A DNA stretch of 46,442 nucleotides from Candidatus Micrarchaeota archaeon (GTDB lineage Archaea > Micrarchaeota > Micrarchaeia > Norongarragalinales > Norongarragalinaceae): the NCBI GenBank assembly GCA_013360305.1, contig JABWCK010000002.1:1-46442 (forward strand), read 5' to 3'. Shown piece by piece: positions 34,199 to 43,651 of this stretch. A program made the position numbers and the translations under genes. Each line of letters starts with the position of its first letter. Position 1 is the first letter of the stretch. The notes below the pieces were generated by a model, which had not been told where the DNA came from, made no database searches, and worked only from the letters and a program-made list of their open reading frames with translations.

Positions 34199-35755
34199 TT
34201 GAAGCGTTTTAATAACGTGTGGGTTTTTTTGCTGTTTTTAGTATTGACTTCGGCTGAATTAATCGAACCGTCCAGTTTGCTTCAGCCAAACAATGGTTAC
34301 TCTGAGTTTTTGCTTCAAGTGCCTAGTGAAAAAGGAGAATATTTTTTCAAAGCAGATTTTCACTCGAAGGAAGGAAACTGCGGCGGTCCTGGAAGTTCAT
34401 GTGCTAGTGTTAGGTGCGTCAATCAAAGCGTTTTCGTTAATTCGTTGCAACAAGACAGTTTCTTGACGTGCGAACCAAACCCGGCTAGTTTTTGCGGCAT
34501 TAAAGAAAACTATCACTCTATAAACTTGACTCAATACTCTGGCACTCAAGTAAGCGTTGGAGTCAGTTCAGTTGGCGTTAGCGGATGCCAAAACGGTTGG
34601 GGAGGCTGGCAAAGGTTTTTACAATTAGAATTCATTCCCAAACCAAACGCTATTCCGACAAAACCGGTTTTCAATAATGCTAGTTATGATCGAGTTTACG
34701 GAAACCAATTCTTTCAATGGACTCCTTCAATTGATGAAGACGGTGATGCTTTAGAGTATGAATTTTTTCTAAAAGACTGGGAAGAAGCGAGTTGCTGCAG
34801 TGTTACTAAAAACGTTTCACTGCTTGAAGACGGCGCTCATTCTGTTAAAATTCGTTCCTTTGATGGGTTGAATTACAGCCAAGAAGATTATTTGGAATTA
34901 ATAATAGATTCATCTTTTACTCCAGAGTATTCACTAACTCAACAAAACCAGGAATTCGACAAAATCACTTGGTTGCTTTCCGTTTCAGGTCGAGGCGAAG
35001 GAGTGTGTTCGTTTGTTTTCGTTGGCGAATGGTTTTGCGATTTAAAACAAAAACAAGAAAAACAATTCACTACTTCGCTAGAATTAACAGAGTTCGTTAA
35101 TTATGAATCAAATTTTATTGAGAAGACTCTAGTCGTTAAAAACCCGAGTTTCTTGAATTATTCTTCGCTAGTGTTCAACGCGTGCAGCGATTATTGCTTG
35201 CAGCAAACAATTGACTTGAATGCGTTTCAAGAAAATTTTTTAACCTTCAAATTCGAAAAACCTTCATCTACTTTTGCTTCAACTCCTTCACCAACCGTTT
35301 TAGAAATAAAACAACATAATAACGCATCAATTGAATCAATTAGTGAGCCAGTGGTTGAAGTTGTTGAACCTGTCATCGCCTCAGTAATTCCTTCCTTCAA
35401 GCCAGTAAAACTAGATAGTGAATCTTCAATGATTGTTAACGACTCGCGCAGTGATTCGAGTTTCTTGCTATTGTTTCCAGTAATTGCTTTAGTTGTTGGT
35501 TATTTTTTTACTAGAACACCATTCAAAAAACAAGGCGACGTTTTAGTGTTTAAAGAAAAGCCCGGCAAAAAACTGTATTGTTTGCTTAACCAAGATTGCG
35601 AGCATAATGGTGAAAGCATTGAAACGATTCTTGGCTTGCTGGTTGTTTTTGATTGTAAAGCAATTCTTTACTGCAGTGAAAGTAATGTGAGGGAGTTTTT
35701 TTACTCTGAAAAAAGCTTAAATGAGTTAATCGCGTTAAGAATTAGTCATGCGTAA
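34199..35755 (+). CDS. Secreted Cys-rich surface protein with Ig/FN3-like segment and a TM near the C-terminus
   Basis: Signal peptide; PTKP...FQWTPSIDEDGDALEY; TM segment FLLLFPVIALVVGYFF. Confidence 0.6.
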   Translation: MKRFNNVWVFLLFLVLTSAELIEPSSLLQPNNGYSEFLLQVPSEKGEYFFKADFHSKEGNCGGPGSSCASVRCVNQSVFVNSLQQDSFLTCEPNPASFCGIKENYHSINLTQYSGTQVSVGVSSVGVSGCQNGWGGWQRFLQLEFIPKPNAIPTKPVFNNASYDRVYGNQFFQWTPSIDEDGDALEYEFFLKDWEEASCCSVTKNVSLLEDGAHSVKIRSFDGLNYSQEDYLELIIDSSFTPEYSLTQQNQEFDKITWLLSVSGRGEGVCSFVFVGEWFCDLKQKQEKQFTTSLELTEFVNYESNFIEKTLVVKNPSFLNYSSLVFNACSDYCLQQTIDLNAFQENFLTFKFEKPSSTFASTPSPTVLEIKQHNNASIESISEPVVEVVEPVIASVIPSFKPVKLDSESSMIVNDSRSDSSFLLLFPVIALVVGYFFTRTPFKKQGDVLVFKEKPGKKLYCLLNQDCEHNGESIETILGLLVVFDCKAILYCSESNVREFFYSEKSLNELIALRISHA

Positions 35756-37085
35756 GTTTTTGTTTATCGTACTAGCCTTGTTTTTGCTTGGTTGTACTTC
35801 TCCGAGCCCGACTGTTACTCCGACGAGTAACGCTACTATTGAACCAACTCCTACTGTTGCTTCGTGCGTAGAAGATGGATTGTTTTGTGGCTTGGGTGTA
35901 GCGTGTTGCACTGGTGAATGCAATCCTTCAAGCGGCAAGTGTGAAGCAGTTGCTTCGCCTACTCCTACGATAACGCCTACTCCTGTTGTGACTAGTTCTG
36001 GTATTACTTGCAGTGTTGATTTAGAACCTGACTTTATTGACAACCAGGGTGAAACCGTAGTAGTCGTTTCATTCAATTCAATGCCGTCTAGTCCGTTAAT
36101 AGTGAAATGCAGTGATGGTGATTCTGGGAAAACCGTTTCAATTTCATCGACTACGTTAAAAGGAATAACTAGTTGCAGTTATGCTCCGACTGCTACTACT
36201 ATTTACAAGGTTTCAGCAATTAGCGACGTGTCTTGTTCTAAAACTATTGCGGTAAACGTGGTTGGGTTGTTAATTTCAGACATTATTACTAACTCGAGTC
36301 AGGGGTCAATGACTATTTCTTGGAATACTAACCAACTAGCTGACTCGCGTATTCTTTACGGTTTGAATTCGACTAACTTGAATAATTCAATGAATTTAAC
36401 TCAAGGCGTTACTTACCACTTCGTTACTTTAACAGGCTTGCTTGCGAATACGAATTATTATTATAAGGTAATTTCCTGCACTTCTACAGTATGCGCTAGT
36501 ACTGACGTGATTACTCACTCTACTTCGCAAGATGGAACTCCTCCAGTAGTTACTTTAACTAGTCCTTCAGATTCTGCTTGGGTTGCTTCAAGCAATGTAT
36601 CTTTTTCATTTATTCCTATAGATTCCGCTTTAGCGAATTGCAGCTTGTTCGTCAACACTACTTGGGTTCCTAATGCGACGATTACTTCGTTGTCGAGTAA
36701 TTCAATAAATGCTATTTATTCTCCAATGGGTGCTGGAGTACTTGCTTGGAACGTGCAGTGTTTTGACCAGTCTGGAAATAAAGCGTTCGCGTCAAGCAAT
36801 AACACTGCAAAAATCGATTACATTGCTCCAACCGCGTCAACTGTAAGTGTAGCTAATTCTTCTGATTCATCAATATTCTTGACTTGGACTGCGTCAATTG
36901 ACTCATTGAGTGGAGTAAGTACTTACGCTGTTTACCGCAACGCTACGAATATAGCTAATACAACTAACTTGTTTTACGAAAATACTGGCTTGACTACTGC
37001 TACGGCTTACAATTTTGTCATTAAAACATTTGATGTTGCAGGAAATACTGTTTCAAGCAATTCTTTAGATGTTAGTACTAGCTAG
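35748..37085 (+). CDS. Putative lipoprotein with Cys-knot-like module and fibronectin type III/Ig domains
   Basis: LFLLGC lipobox; PTP linkers; ISWNTN...LTGLLANTNYYYKV and LTWTAS...GLTTATAYNF FN3 signatures; many N-x-S/T sequons. Confidence 0.8.
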   Translation: MRKFLFIVLALFLLGCTSPSPTVTPTSNATIEPTPTVASCVEDGLFCGLGVACCTGECNPSSGKCEAVASPTPTITPTPVVTSSGITCSVDLEPDFIDNQGETVVVVSFNSMPSSPLIVKCSDGDSGKTVSISSTTLKGITSCSYAPTATTIYKVSAISDVSCSKTIAVNVVGLLISDIITNSSQGSMTISWNTNQLADSRILYGLNSTNLNNSMNLTQGVTYHFVTLTGLLANTNYYYKVISCTSTVCASTDVITHSTSQDGTPPVVTLTSPSDSAWVASSNVSFSFIPIDSALANCSLFVNTTWVPNATITSLSSNSINAIYSPMGAGVLAWNVQCFDQSGNKAFASSNNTAKIDYIAPTASTVSVANSSDSSIFLTWTASIDSLSGVSTYAVYRNATNIANTTNLFYENTGLTTATAYNFVIKTFDVAGNTVSSNSLDVSTS

Positions 37086-38032
37086 AATTCTTGAAGCAAT
37101 CCTTTTATTTTCAACAAGCTTTCTTGAGGCGTTTCTATAGTATTCAACAAAAATACTGGCACGTCTTTGAATAATTGCTTGAAGAAGCTAGTCCTTTGCT
37201 TTAGCTTAGTCTTGTTTTTTATTAATTGGTGTGGATTGCAGAAATTGTTTTTTTCAAGAAAAACAATAGCTTGTTTTTGTGATAGTTTTTGAAAAACTTG
37301 TTCGCCTTTTTTCCTTTGAAGCAATACGACTGCCTTCAATACTGACGATTCCTTTATGCGTTCTCCGCCTAGTACGCGTTTAATGTCTATTACTCCTCTT
37401 TGCTTGGAGTCTTTTATTGCGCCGTCTACTGCTTTCTTGAATTTCTTCCAATTCTTTGCCAAATCAACTCTAACGTAAGAGTTTTTTTCTGAAGCGTAAG
37501 CGACTACTTCGTTTTTATTCATTTTAACGAAAAACCAGTCGTCCGCTAAGTAATTGTTTTCTTTATCTAGCAACAAACCATAAGTAAGCGTCGTCTTGCC
37601 AGTGCCGCTTGGACCAATTAACGCTATGCCCCTGCCTTCAAAGTCAATGAAGGACCCGTGAATCGAGTATCTTTTATGCTCTGAAGTAAAGTCTTCAAAA
37701 AAATCAGCTACTAAACCAAGAGCCACGCTCTTTACTAATCCGTAGTAATCGCAATTAAAAATCAAAACAGTCTTGGATGTTGGCTCGTAAAGCACTTTAT
37801 TTTTCGCGTGTCCTTTCTTGACGCTGAATATTCTGCAATGTGGGCGAATGTCTTCAAGCATTGGCTTGAAGTTTTCCTCCCACAACTCCTTAAATTCTTT
37901 GTCGTCCGTGAAGAACTTGACGCAAGTGCCGTGAATGTTTGCTTTCAATTCAGACAAGTTATTCTCAACTAACCCGAACATTAATTTGTCTTTAGTCTTG
38001 CGCGAAATCAATTCTACTTTGTAGTCAACCAC
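37082..38032 (-). CDS. HPr-kinase/PEPCK-like P-loop protein
   Basis: IHGS...GIALIGPSGTGKTT...LADDW (His, Walker A and DD signature). Confidence 0.75.
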   Translation of the reverse strand: MVDYKVELISRKTKDKLMFGLVENNLSELKANIHGTCVKFFTDDKEFKELWEENFKPMLEDIRPHCRIFSVKKGHAKNKVLYEPTSKTVLIFNCDYYGLVKSVALGLVADFFEDFTSEHKRYSIHGSFIDFEGRGIALIGPSGTGKTTLTYGLLLDKENNYLADDWFFVKMNKNEVVAYASEKNSYVRVDLAKNWKKFKKAVDGAIKDSKQRGVIDIKRVLGGERIKESSVLKAVVLLQRKKGEQVFQKLSQKQAIVFLEKNNFCNPHQLIKNKTKLKQRTSFFKQLFKDVPVFLLNTIETPQESLLKIKGLLQEF

Positions 38033-38061
38033 GATATTGATTAGAAGAGAATTAGTTAAAA

Positions 38062-38511
38062 TTACCAGTAGGTTTTCTCGATTGCTTTACTTAACAAGAT
38101 GCGAAGAATCACTGCTTCGTCCTCGCTTAAACTAGTTTGAATAGTCTGCAGCGAAGAATCTTGTTTTTGCCTGGATATTTTGAAAAAATAACCATAATCC
38201 CCTTTACTAATACTAACCGTAGTGTTCTTCACGTCAGTTTCAGTAACATGCTTGCTCTTGGAAATATCATGAAACAAGTCCGCATTCTTCAACCGGTTCT
38301 CAATAACCGCGATTATTTTAGCGCAATCATTCATTGACAGTTTGAAAACAATCTTGTTAGCCCAATCAAAGGATTGTTCTCCGTTTTGAGAAGACGCTTC
38401 AATAAAAACCGCGCCTATTTTCTCGTTAAAATCAAATTGTACTGCAGCCCCGTTTCCTGTCTTGCGAGGCTTGTAAACCGCGAATCTTTTTTTCTCTTCA
38501 GTCATGTACAT
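38062..38511 (-). CDS. Whirly-like ssDNA/RNA-binding protein
   Basis: VYK...GAAV, FDWANKIVFKLS, LFHD, GYFFKIS and EAVIL motifs, in the order and spacing of plant Whirly domains as recalled. Confidence 0.7.
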   Translation of the reverse strand: MYMTEEKKRFAVYKPRKTGNGAAVQFDFNEKIGAVFIEASSQNGEQSFDWANKIVFKLSMNDCAKIIAVIENRLKNADLFHDISKSKHVTETDVKNTTVSISKGDYGYFFKISRQKQDSSLQTIQTSLSEDEAVILRILLSKAIEKTYW

Positions 38512-38545
38512 AACTAGAAAATTAGTTTTTTACTTAAAAACAATT

Positions 38546-39868
38546 CTAGACGTGTGTTCCGGTGATTTTTTTTATTATTTTCTTTGTTTCTTCGAGTGTT
38601 TTTTCTAGTATTAAGTTCTTTAATTCTTCAGGGTAACGCATTGCTGCAGCTTGCTCGTGTCCTCCGCCAGTGGCTTGAGGGTATTCGCTAGTAACTATTT
38701 TGATTACGTCCGTTGCCTTGAAGCCTTTCTTCCATAGCGCAGTCGACACTCGAAATTGAATAGTATCGCTTGAGTAGCTAACCGTAGCAACCAACTCGTT
38801 AGTTTTCTCTCGAGAATTATGTATAGTGTTCAAAACAATTCCTTTCGGAGGATACGCTCGCTTCTTTATCTTGCTTAAGTTAACAGTCAAAAACAAAACG
38901 CTCTCGATTTTTTCTTCTTTTACTTCTGTTTGAGCGACGCTTTTCTCTAGCTTTCTCTTGGATTGGTCGTACAAAGAATTTATTTTCTGTGGAGACTCTA
39001 AAATTTCTTCATATCCTTTCAAAGAATATTCTTCTCGAGATAAATAATCCAAGACTACTGCTTCCTTGAATTCTTTTTCCTTGCGGAAAGAACTTTTATC
39101 GCTTTGCAAAGAAAACCAGACGCGTTCCTTGTTAGCTTTTCCCGCAAGAGCAAGCGCAAAGTGGTAAGCAAGCAATCCTGTAGTATGCGATGACGTCCCG
39201 CCAGTATTCATTGGCGAAATAAAGCGCGTGTGTTGAACAGTTTCCTCACTGTGAGGGTGGTGGTCTAGTATCAATACGTTGAATTTTTTTGATGCTTCGT
39301 TTACTGCAGTACTGCTTTCCTTATTCGCACCCAAATCCAACAAAAACAAGACTGGTTTTTCCTCAAGAAACTTGTCAGAATCCCAAATCAAGTCATTCGC
39401 GTCATAAACCGCTGAATTCAATTGGTCATCCTTCAACTCGATAGGTATTCCTTGTTTGTTAGCGTAATTTAATAACGCATTTTTAACGTATAATCCTGAA
39501 ATAATTCCGTCACAGTCATCATTAAATCGAATTATTACTGGCCTCAGTAGTAGTAATTGTTTTGCAACAAACTCAGCTGCTTCGCGAATTATTGGCTTTA
39601 ACTCGTTCAAGCAATCGTCTTCAACCAAGTTATCGTAATCAAAACTCTTTGCTTTAGCTAGCAATTCTTCTTTTAAGTCGTTTTTTTGTTCAATTATTTT
39701 TTCAGCAAAAAATTCTTTTCCCTTAAAGAACCCTTCTGCTTTAAAACAAGCAAACTCGTTTAAATCCGTCCTGGTTTTTTCTTGAATTACTTTAACAAAG
39801 CCCTTTTCACAATAACAATAATAATCTGGATTATTCGACAAAGTTTTTTTTAACACTAAAAAATTCAT
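38546..39868 (-). CDS. RecJ-like DHH/DHHA1 phosphoesterase
   Basis: IRFNDDCDG, LLDLG, LDHHP and GGGHEQAAA motifs. Confidence 0.85.
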   Translation of the reverse strand: MNFLVLKKTLSNNPDYYCYCEKGFVKVIQEKTRTDLNEFACFKAEGFFKGKEFFAEKIIEQKNDLKEELLAKAKSFDYDNLVEDDCLNELKPIIREAAEFVAKQLLLLRPVIIRFNDDCDGIISGLYVKNALLNYANKQGIPIELKDDQLNSAVYDANDLIWDSDKFLEEKPVLFLLDLGANKESSTAVNEASKKFNVLILDHHPHSEETVQHTRFISPMNTGGTSSHTTGLLAYHFALALAGKANKERVWFSLQSDKSSFRKEKEFKEAVVLDYLSREEYSLKGYEEILESPQKINSLYDQSKRKLEKSVAQTEVKEEKIESVLFLTVNLSKIKKRAYPPKGIVLNTIHNSREKTNELVATVSYSSDTIQFRVSTALWKKGFKATDVIKIVTSEYPQATGGGHEQAAAMRYPEELKNLILEKTLEETKKIIKKITGTHV

Positions 39869-40072
39869 TTCTAAAATACTTGCACGAGTAAAATAATAAA
39901 TACTGTTAGAGAGTTTTTACTCTTTTTCGGGTAATCGGCGTTTTGTTTATAAGTAGTTGTTGTATTAATGTTTAAACCCACAGAAAAAAATTTGATAGTT
40001 CAAATTGAAGACTAGCTTTTTTATTTGCTAGAATCAAAATCTCGCTTAATGGCGGGAGGAATAGTTTTTTTC

Positions 40073-40309
40073 ATGTCTAGCGAAGCGTGGGTTTTTAGGA
40101 GGGAGAAGGAAATGGTTAGAGTAGTTTTGAAGAAGTTCGCAGACGACGAAGACGGCGATAAAGTAGAGGAAGGTCTTAATGCAGTAGTCAAGGAGCTAGA
40201 AAAGAATTGTTGCAAGGTAATCGATATTGACGTCAAGTCTATTAGGGCGGAAAACTTGTTCTTGATAAAATACGAACCTGTTTTGGGATATATCACTCAC
40301 AACCCTTGA
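40073..40309 (+). CDS. Small hypothetical protein
   Basis: Likely start MSSEAW after GGAGGA; followed by a pyrimidine tract. Confidence 0.55.
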   Translation: MSSEAWVFRREKEMVRVVLKKFADDEDGDKVEEGLNAVVKELEKNCCKVIDIDVKSIRAENLFLIKYEPVLGYITHNP

Positions 40310-40340
40310 GTTTTTCTTCCCTTTCTTCCTTTTTTTTATT

Positions 40341-41405
40341 ATGTTAGTTACTGAAGAGTCAATCAAGCTGGATTTGCCTAAAAAAACTGTGGACGACCCG
40401 CATCACGCTTTCGTTTTCTACAATCCCGTAATGCAGTTTTCGAGAAGCATTTCTTCACTAGCCTTAAGTGTGTCTAAAGCGAGTAGGGTATTGGATGGTT
40501 TAAGCGCGTCAGGCGCTAGGGGTTTACGCTATTACAAAGAAAACGACTTAGATAAGGTAGTCTTTGTTGATGCTAATCCTGATGCTGTCAAAACCTGCAA
40601 GAAAAACTTGAAACTCAACAAAGTCAAGGCGAAAGTACTAGGACAAGATTTGAACCAGTTTTTTTTGACTACTGAAGAAAAATTTGATTTCATTGAAATT
40701 GACCCGTTTGGTACTCCTGCTCCTTTTTTGAAGAATGCTTTCGCTTGCGGTGATAAGAAATTCTTTTTATCTGTTACTGCGACTGATTTAGCAAATTTAT
40801 GCGCTAGAAAGGAAGCTTGCTTTAAGTACTACCAGTCGTTGCCTTTGAATATCGACTGCACTCACGAGATTGCTTTGAGAATATTCATTAAAAAAATCGC
40901 CCAAGAAGCAATTCAAAATGAGTATTCTTGCAAGCCGTTGTTTTCTTTCTATAAAGGCCATTACGTCAAGGCGGTTTTATATTGCGAGAAATACGTTTCA
41001 GCTAAAGCGTTAGAAAACATTGGTTACTTGAATTACGATCCTGAGACAATAGAGCGATCTTTTTCGTCTAACCCTGGTGAAAAATTCGGCGGCCCGTTAT
41101 GGATCGGCAAACTGCAAGACTCGGAGTTCTTGAAGAAAATGATTTCCTTAAACAAGAAAAGAAACTATGCTGACAAGGAAAAAATCAATTCGTTCTTGGA
41201 CTTGTTATTGGCTGAAAACGATTTTGATTCACCATTCATTGATTTATCTCAACTAGCCGACCATTATAACAAGTCTATGGATTTCAAAATGAACGAGTTA
41301 GTTTCCAAGTTGAACAAGAAGGGGAAAAAAACTACTCGCGTTCATTACAATCCTTACGGCATAAAAACGACTGCTTCTTTTAAGGAGTTGCGCTCTTCTT
41401 TCTAG
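40341..41405 (+). CDS. trm1: tRNA (guanine(26)-N2)-dimethyltransferase
   Basis: VFYNPVM, SASGARGLRY, IEIDPFGTP, VTATD and GPLWIG motifs. Confidence 0.94.
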   Translation: MLVTEESIKLDLPKKTVDDPHHAFVFYNPVMQFSRSISSLALSVSKASRVLDGLSASGARGLRYYKENDLDKVVFVDANPDAVKTCKKNLKLNKVKAKVLGQDLNQFFLTTEEKFDFIEIDPFGTPAPFLKNAFACGDKKFFLSVTATDLANLCARKEACFKYYQSLPLNIDCTHEIALRIFIKKIAQEAIQNEYSCKPLFSFYKGHYVKAVLYCEKYVSAKALENIGYLNYDPETIERSFSSNPGEKFGGPLWIGKLQDSEFLKKMISLNKKRNYADKEKINSFLDLLLAENDFDSPFIDLSQLADHYNKSMDFKMNELVSKLNKKGKKTTRVHYNPYGIKTTASFKELRSSF

Positions 41406-41851
41406 TCTTGTAATTCAAATAACGAGACGTAGCCTGTACCGTTGTTTAAGTGGTGCATTACTTCTTTGACTTCTTCGGGTTTGAGTCTTTTTCCTGCATT
41501 CGCTCTTACTTTTGAAGAAGCTGCTCGTATTTCTTCTATGAATTTAGCATTTTTGACTCGTCTAGCTTGTTCGTATGCTTTGTCAAAATGTTCTTTGGAT
41601 TCTAGTGCGTTAGCGTAATTAGCTATTGCTTTTCTAGCGATTTCTTTTTTTGGAAACTTTCGTACAAGCATTTCTCCAATTACTGCGCCGTAAACCTGGG
41701 TTGTTTGATGGATGGTCAAGTTGTGTGTGTTAATTTTAGCTAGGGTTAAGGCTAAGGGTTTTGGTGTTAAGCTAATTTTTCTTAACTTCTTCATTGCTTT
41801 AATAGTTGCTTCGACGTCGTTGTTTGTTATTGCTTTCACTAAGTCGCGCAT
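41402..41851 (-). CDS. Hypothetical basic helical protein
   Basis: 149-aa ATG ORF filling the gap. Confidence 0.55.
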   Translation of the reverse strand: MRDLVKAITNNDVEATIKAMKKLRKISLTPKPLALTLAKINTHNLTIHQTTQVYGAVIGEMLVRKFPKKEIARKAIANYANALESKEHFDKAYEQARRVKNAKFIEEIRAASSKVRANAGKRLKPEEVKEVMHHLNNGTGYVSLFELQD

Positions 41852-41877
41852 ATTATAAAATAAAGAAAAAGAGGGAA

Positions 41878-42777
41878 TTAAATGCTTACTTTTAACGCTA
41901 GAGATTTCTTTAGCTCGCGGTACCTGTTGCGGATAGTGACTTCAGTTACTCCCGCAACGTCAGCGACTTCTTTTTGCGTTCTTCGTTCGCCTACTAATAC
42001 CGATGCAATATACACGGCAGCAGCCGCGACTCCCATTGGGCCTCTTCCGGATACTAGTCCCTTCTTGATTGCTTGGTCTAGTATTTCTTGAGCTTTCTTT
42101 TGAGTTTCTCCAGACAACTTCAAGGCAGTAACGAACCTAGTAATATAGAATTGAGGGTTCGTTAAAGGAATCTTTAAAGTTAGTTCTTGTGAAATCAATC
42201 TGAAAGTTCGGCCGATTTCTTTCTTTGGAATTTCTGCAATAGCTGAAATTTCGTCTAGAGTGCGTGGTACTCCGTATTGCCTGCATACTGCGTAAATAAC
42301 TGCGCTTACGACTGACTCGATTTGTCTTCCTCGAATCAATCCTTTTTCGACGCATTTTCTGTACAATAAAGCAGCTGACTCGCGGATTACTTCTTGCAAT
42401 CCCAAGTGTGAAGCAACTCGGTTTAATTCAGTTAATGCAATAGCTAGGTTTCTTTCAATGCTGTTTGAAATAGAAGCACGCTTGTGCCACTTGCGCATTC
42501 TGTATAATTGGGCTTGTTGGCTTGGAGCGATTTTTCCACCGCGAACGTCTCGATTGTATTGGTCAATTTCAGTAACTAGTCCTTTATTTGGAGACATGTA
42601 CTTCAAAGGAGCTCCAGTTCTAGCGCGTGAAGCTCGTTGTTCTGCATCGAAAGCTCTCCATTCTGGACCTTCTTGCACAACGTTGTCTTCTAACACTAAA
42701 CCGCAGTCTTTGCAGACTACTTCGCCGCGCTCGGCGTCGCGAGATACTTTGGTACTACCACAATCAGGACACTTCAT
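41878..42777 (-). CDS. tfb: Transcription initiation factor IIB
   Basis: CPDC...CKDC Zn ribbon, GPEWRAF B-reader, two cyclin folds and VTEVTIRNRY. Confidence 0.98.
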   Translation of the reverse strand: MKCPDCGSTKVSRDAERGEVVCKDCGLVLEDNVVQEGPEWRAFDAEQRASRARTGAPLKYMSPNKGLVTEIDQYNRDVRGGKIAPSQQAQLYRMRKWHKRASISNSIERNLAIALTELNRVASHLGLQEVIRESAALLYRKCVEKGLIRGRQIESVVSAVIYAVCRQYGVPRTLDEISAIAEIPKKEIGRTFRLISQELTLKIPLTNPQFYITRFVTALKLSGETQKKAQEILDQAIKKGLVSGRGPMGVAAAAVYIASVLVGERRTQKEVADVAGVTEVTIRNRYRELKKSLALKVSI

Positions 42778-43001
42778 TTCAAACCGCCTTTTTTATTTTT
42801 ATAATCGGACAAGAACCCGTTCAAGTTTTCTTTAACTGGTTTGGCTAAGTAAAACGGTTTTTCTACAGAGCCAATAGTGTCAAAAATCCTTGCAACCAAA
42901 ACACTGTTCTGAAACAAGTCTTTTCTTTCCAAGCCTTTAGCTTCGTCAGACTCTAAAACCAAGTTACCGGTTTTGCTCTCGAACAATATTTTGAATTCCA
43001 A
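42774..43001 (-). CDS. gar1: H/ACA RNP Gar1/Naf1-like protein
   Basis: RIFDTIGSVEKPF motif; conserved position immediately upstream of tfb. Confidence 0.75.
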   Translation of the reverse strand: MEFKILFESKTGNLVLESDEAKGLERKDLFQNSVLVARIFDTIGSVEKPFYLAKPVKENLNGFLSDYKNKKGGLK

Positions 43002-43070
43002 ATCTATTTTTTACACCAAAAAAAACAAGAACTAGTATAAACGCAGACAAAGACTTTATAAGCCTTTCTC

Positions 43071-43463
43071 TTACTTTTGGAGTGTTGCGTTTACGATGCC
43101 ACTTTGACCTGGCCTTGACGTTACTCGAGCTTTACCTAGCTCGGTTTCAATCAAGCAGCCGCGAGTAAGCAAGTTTTCCCTAGCAAAGTGCCTGTTGTCT
43201 GGACTTTCGACTACGGTTAAAATCTTTGCTTTCTTGACGGTTTTTCCATCTGAAACATTAGCGAATACTACTGTCCTAGCGTGTACTTTTACGCTTCCTC
43301 CAGTGACTTTGCTTTTCTTCAATGATTTTTCTTGACCTTCTTTAGCGACCTTGCTTCTAGAAAAGAATCCACCATAATGAGCTAGTACTTTGTCTCTAGT
43401 TCTCTTCTTTTTTCCGCCCGAACCAGATTGCTTGCTTTTTGTAGACTTGTGATATTGAACCAT
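43071..43463 (-). CDS. rps8e: 30S ribosomal protein S8e (eS8)
   Basis: ANV, KILTVVE, RENLLTRG and ARVTSRPGQSGIVNA motifs. Confidence 0.96.
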   Translation of the reverse strand: MVQYHKSTKSKQSGSGGKKKRTRDKVLAHYGGFFSRSKVAKEGQEKSLKKSKVTGGSVKVHARTVVFANVSDGKTVKKAKILTVVESPDNRHFARENLLTRGCLIETELGKARVTSRPGQSGIVNATLQK

Positions 43464-43651
43464 TTATTAAACACCTAAAAAATTTTTTATGCTTTGAAAA
43501 TCAGCATTACAAACTTGCATTCCTCGGTTTAAAAACTTTTCTTGAAGGTGGCGTGTTTGAACTCTTAACTCGTTTTTATCGCGCCATTAACTTTAAAAAG
43601 CATTTTAGGGTAATGATTTAAAAAACCCACGTTTATTGCAGGAGTGATTGA

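Noticed and set aside
43464-43651. Possible SRP RNA near rps8e
   Set aside because: The region is short and AT-rich with no helix 6/8 motifs; it looks like divergent promoters.
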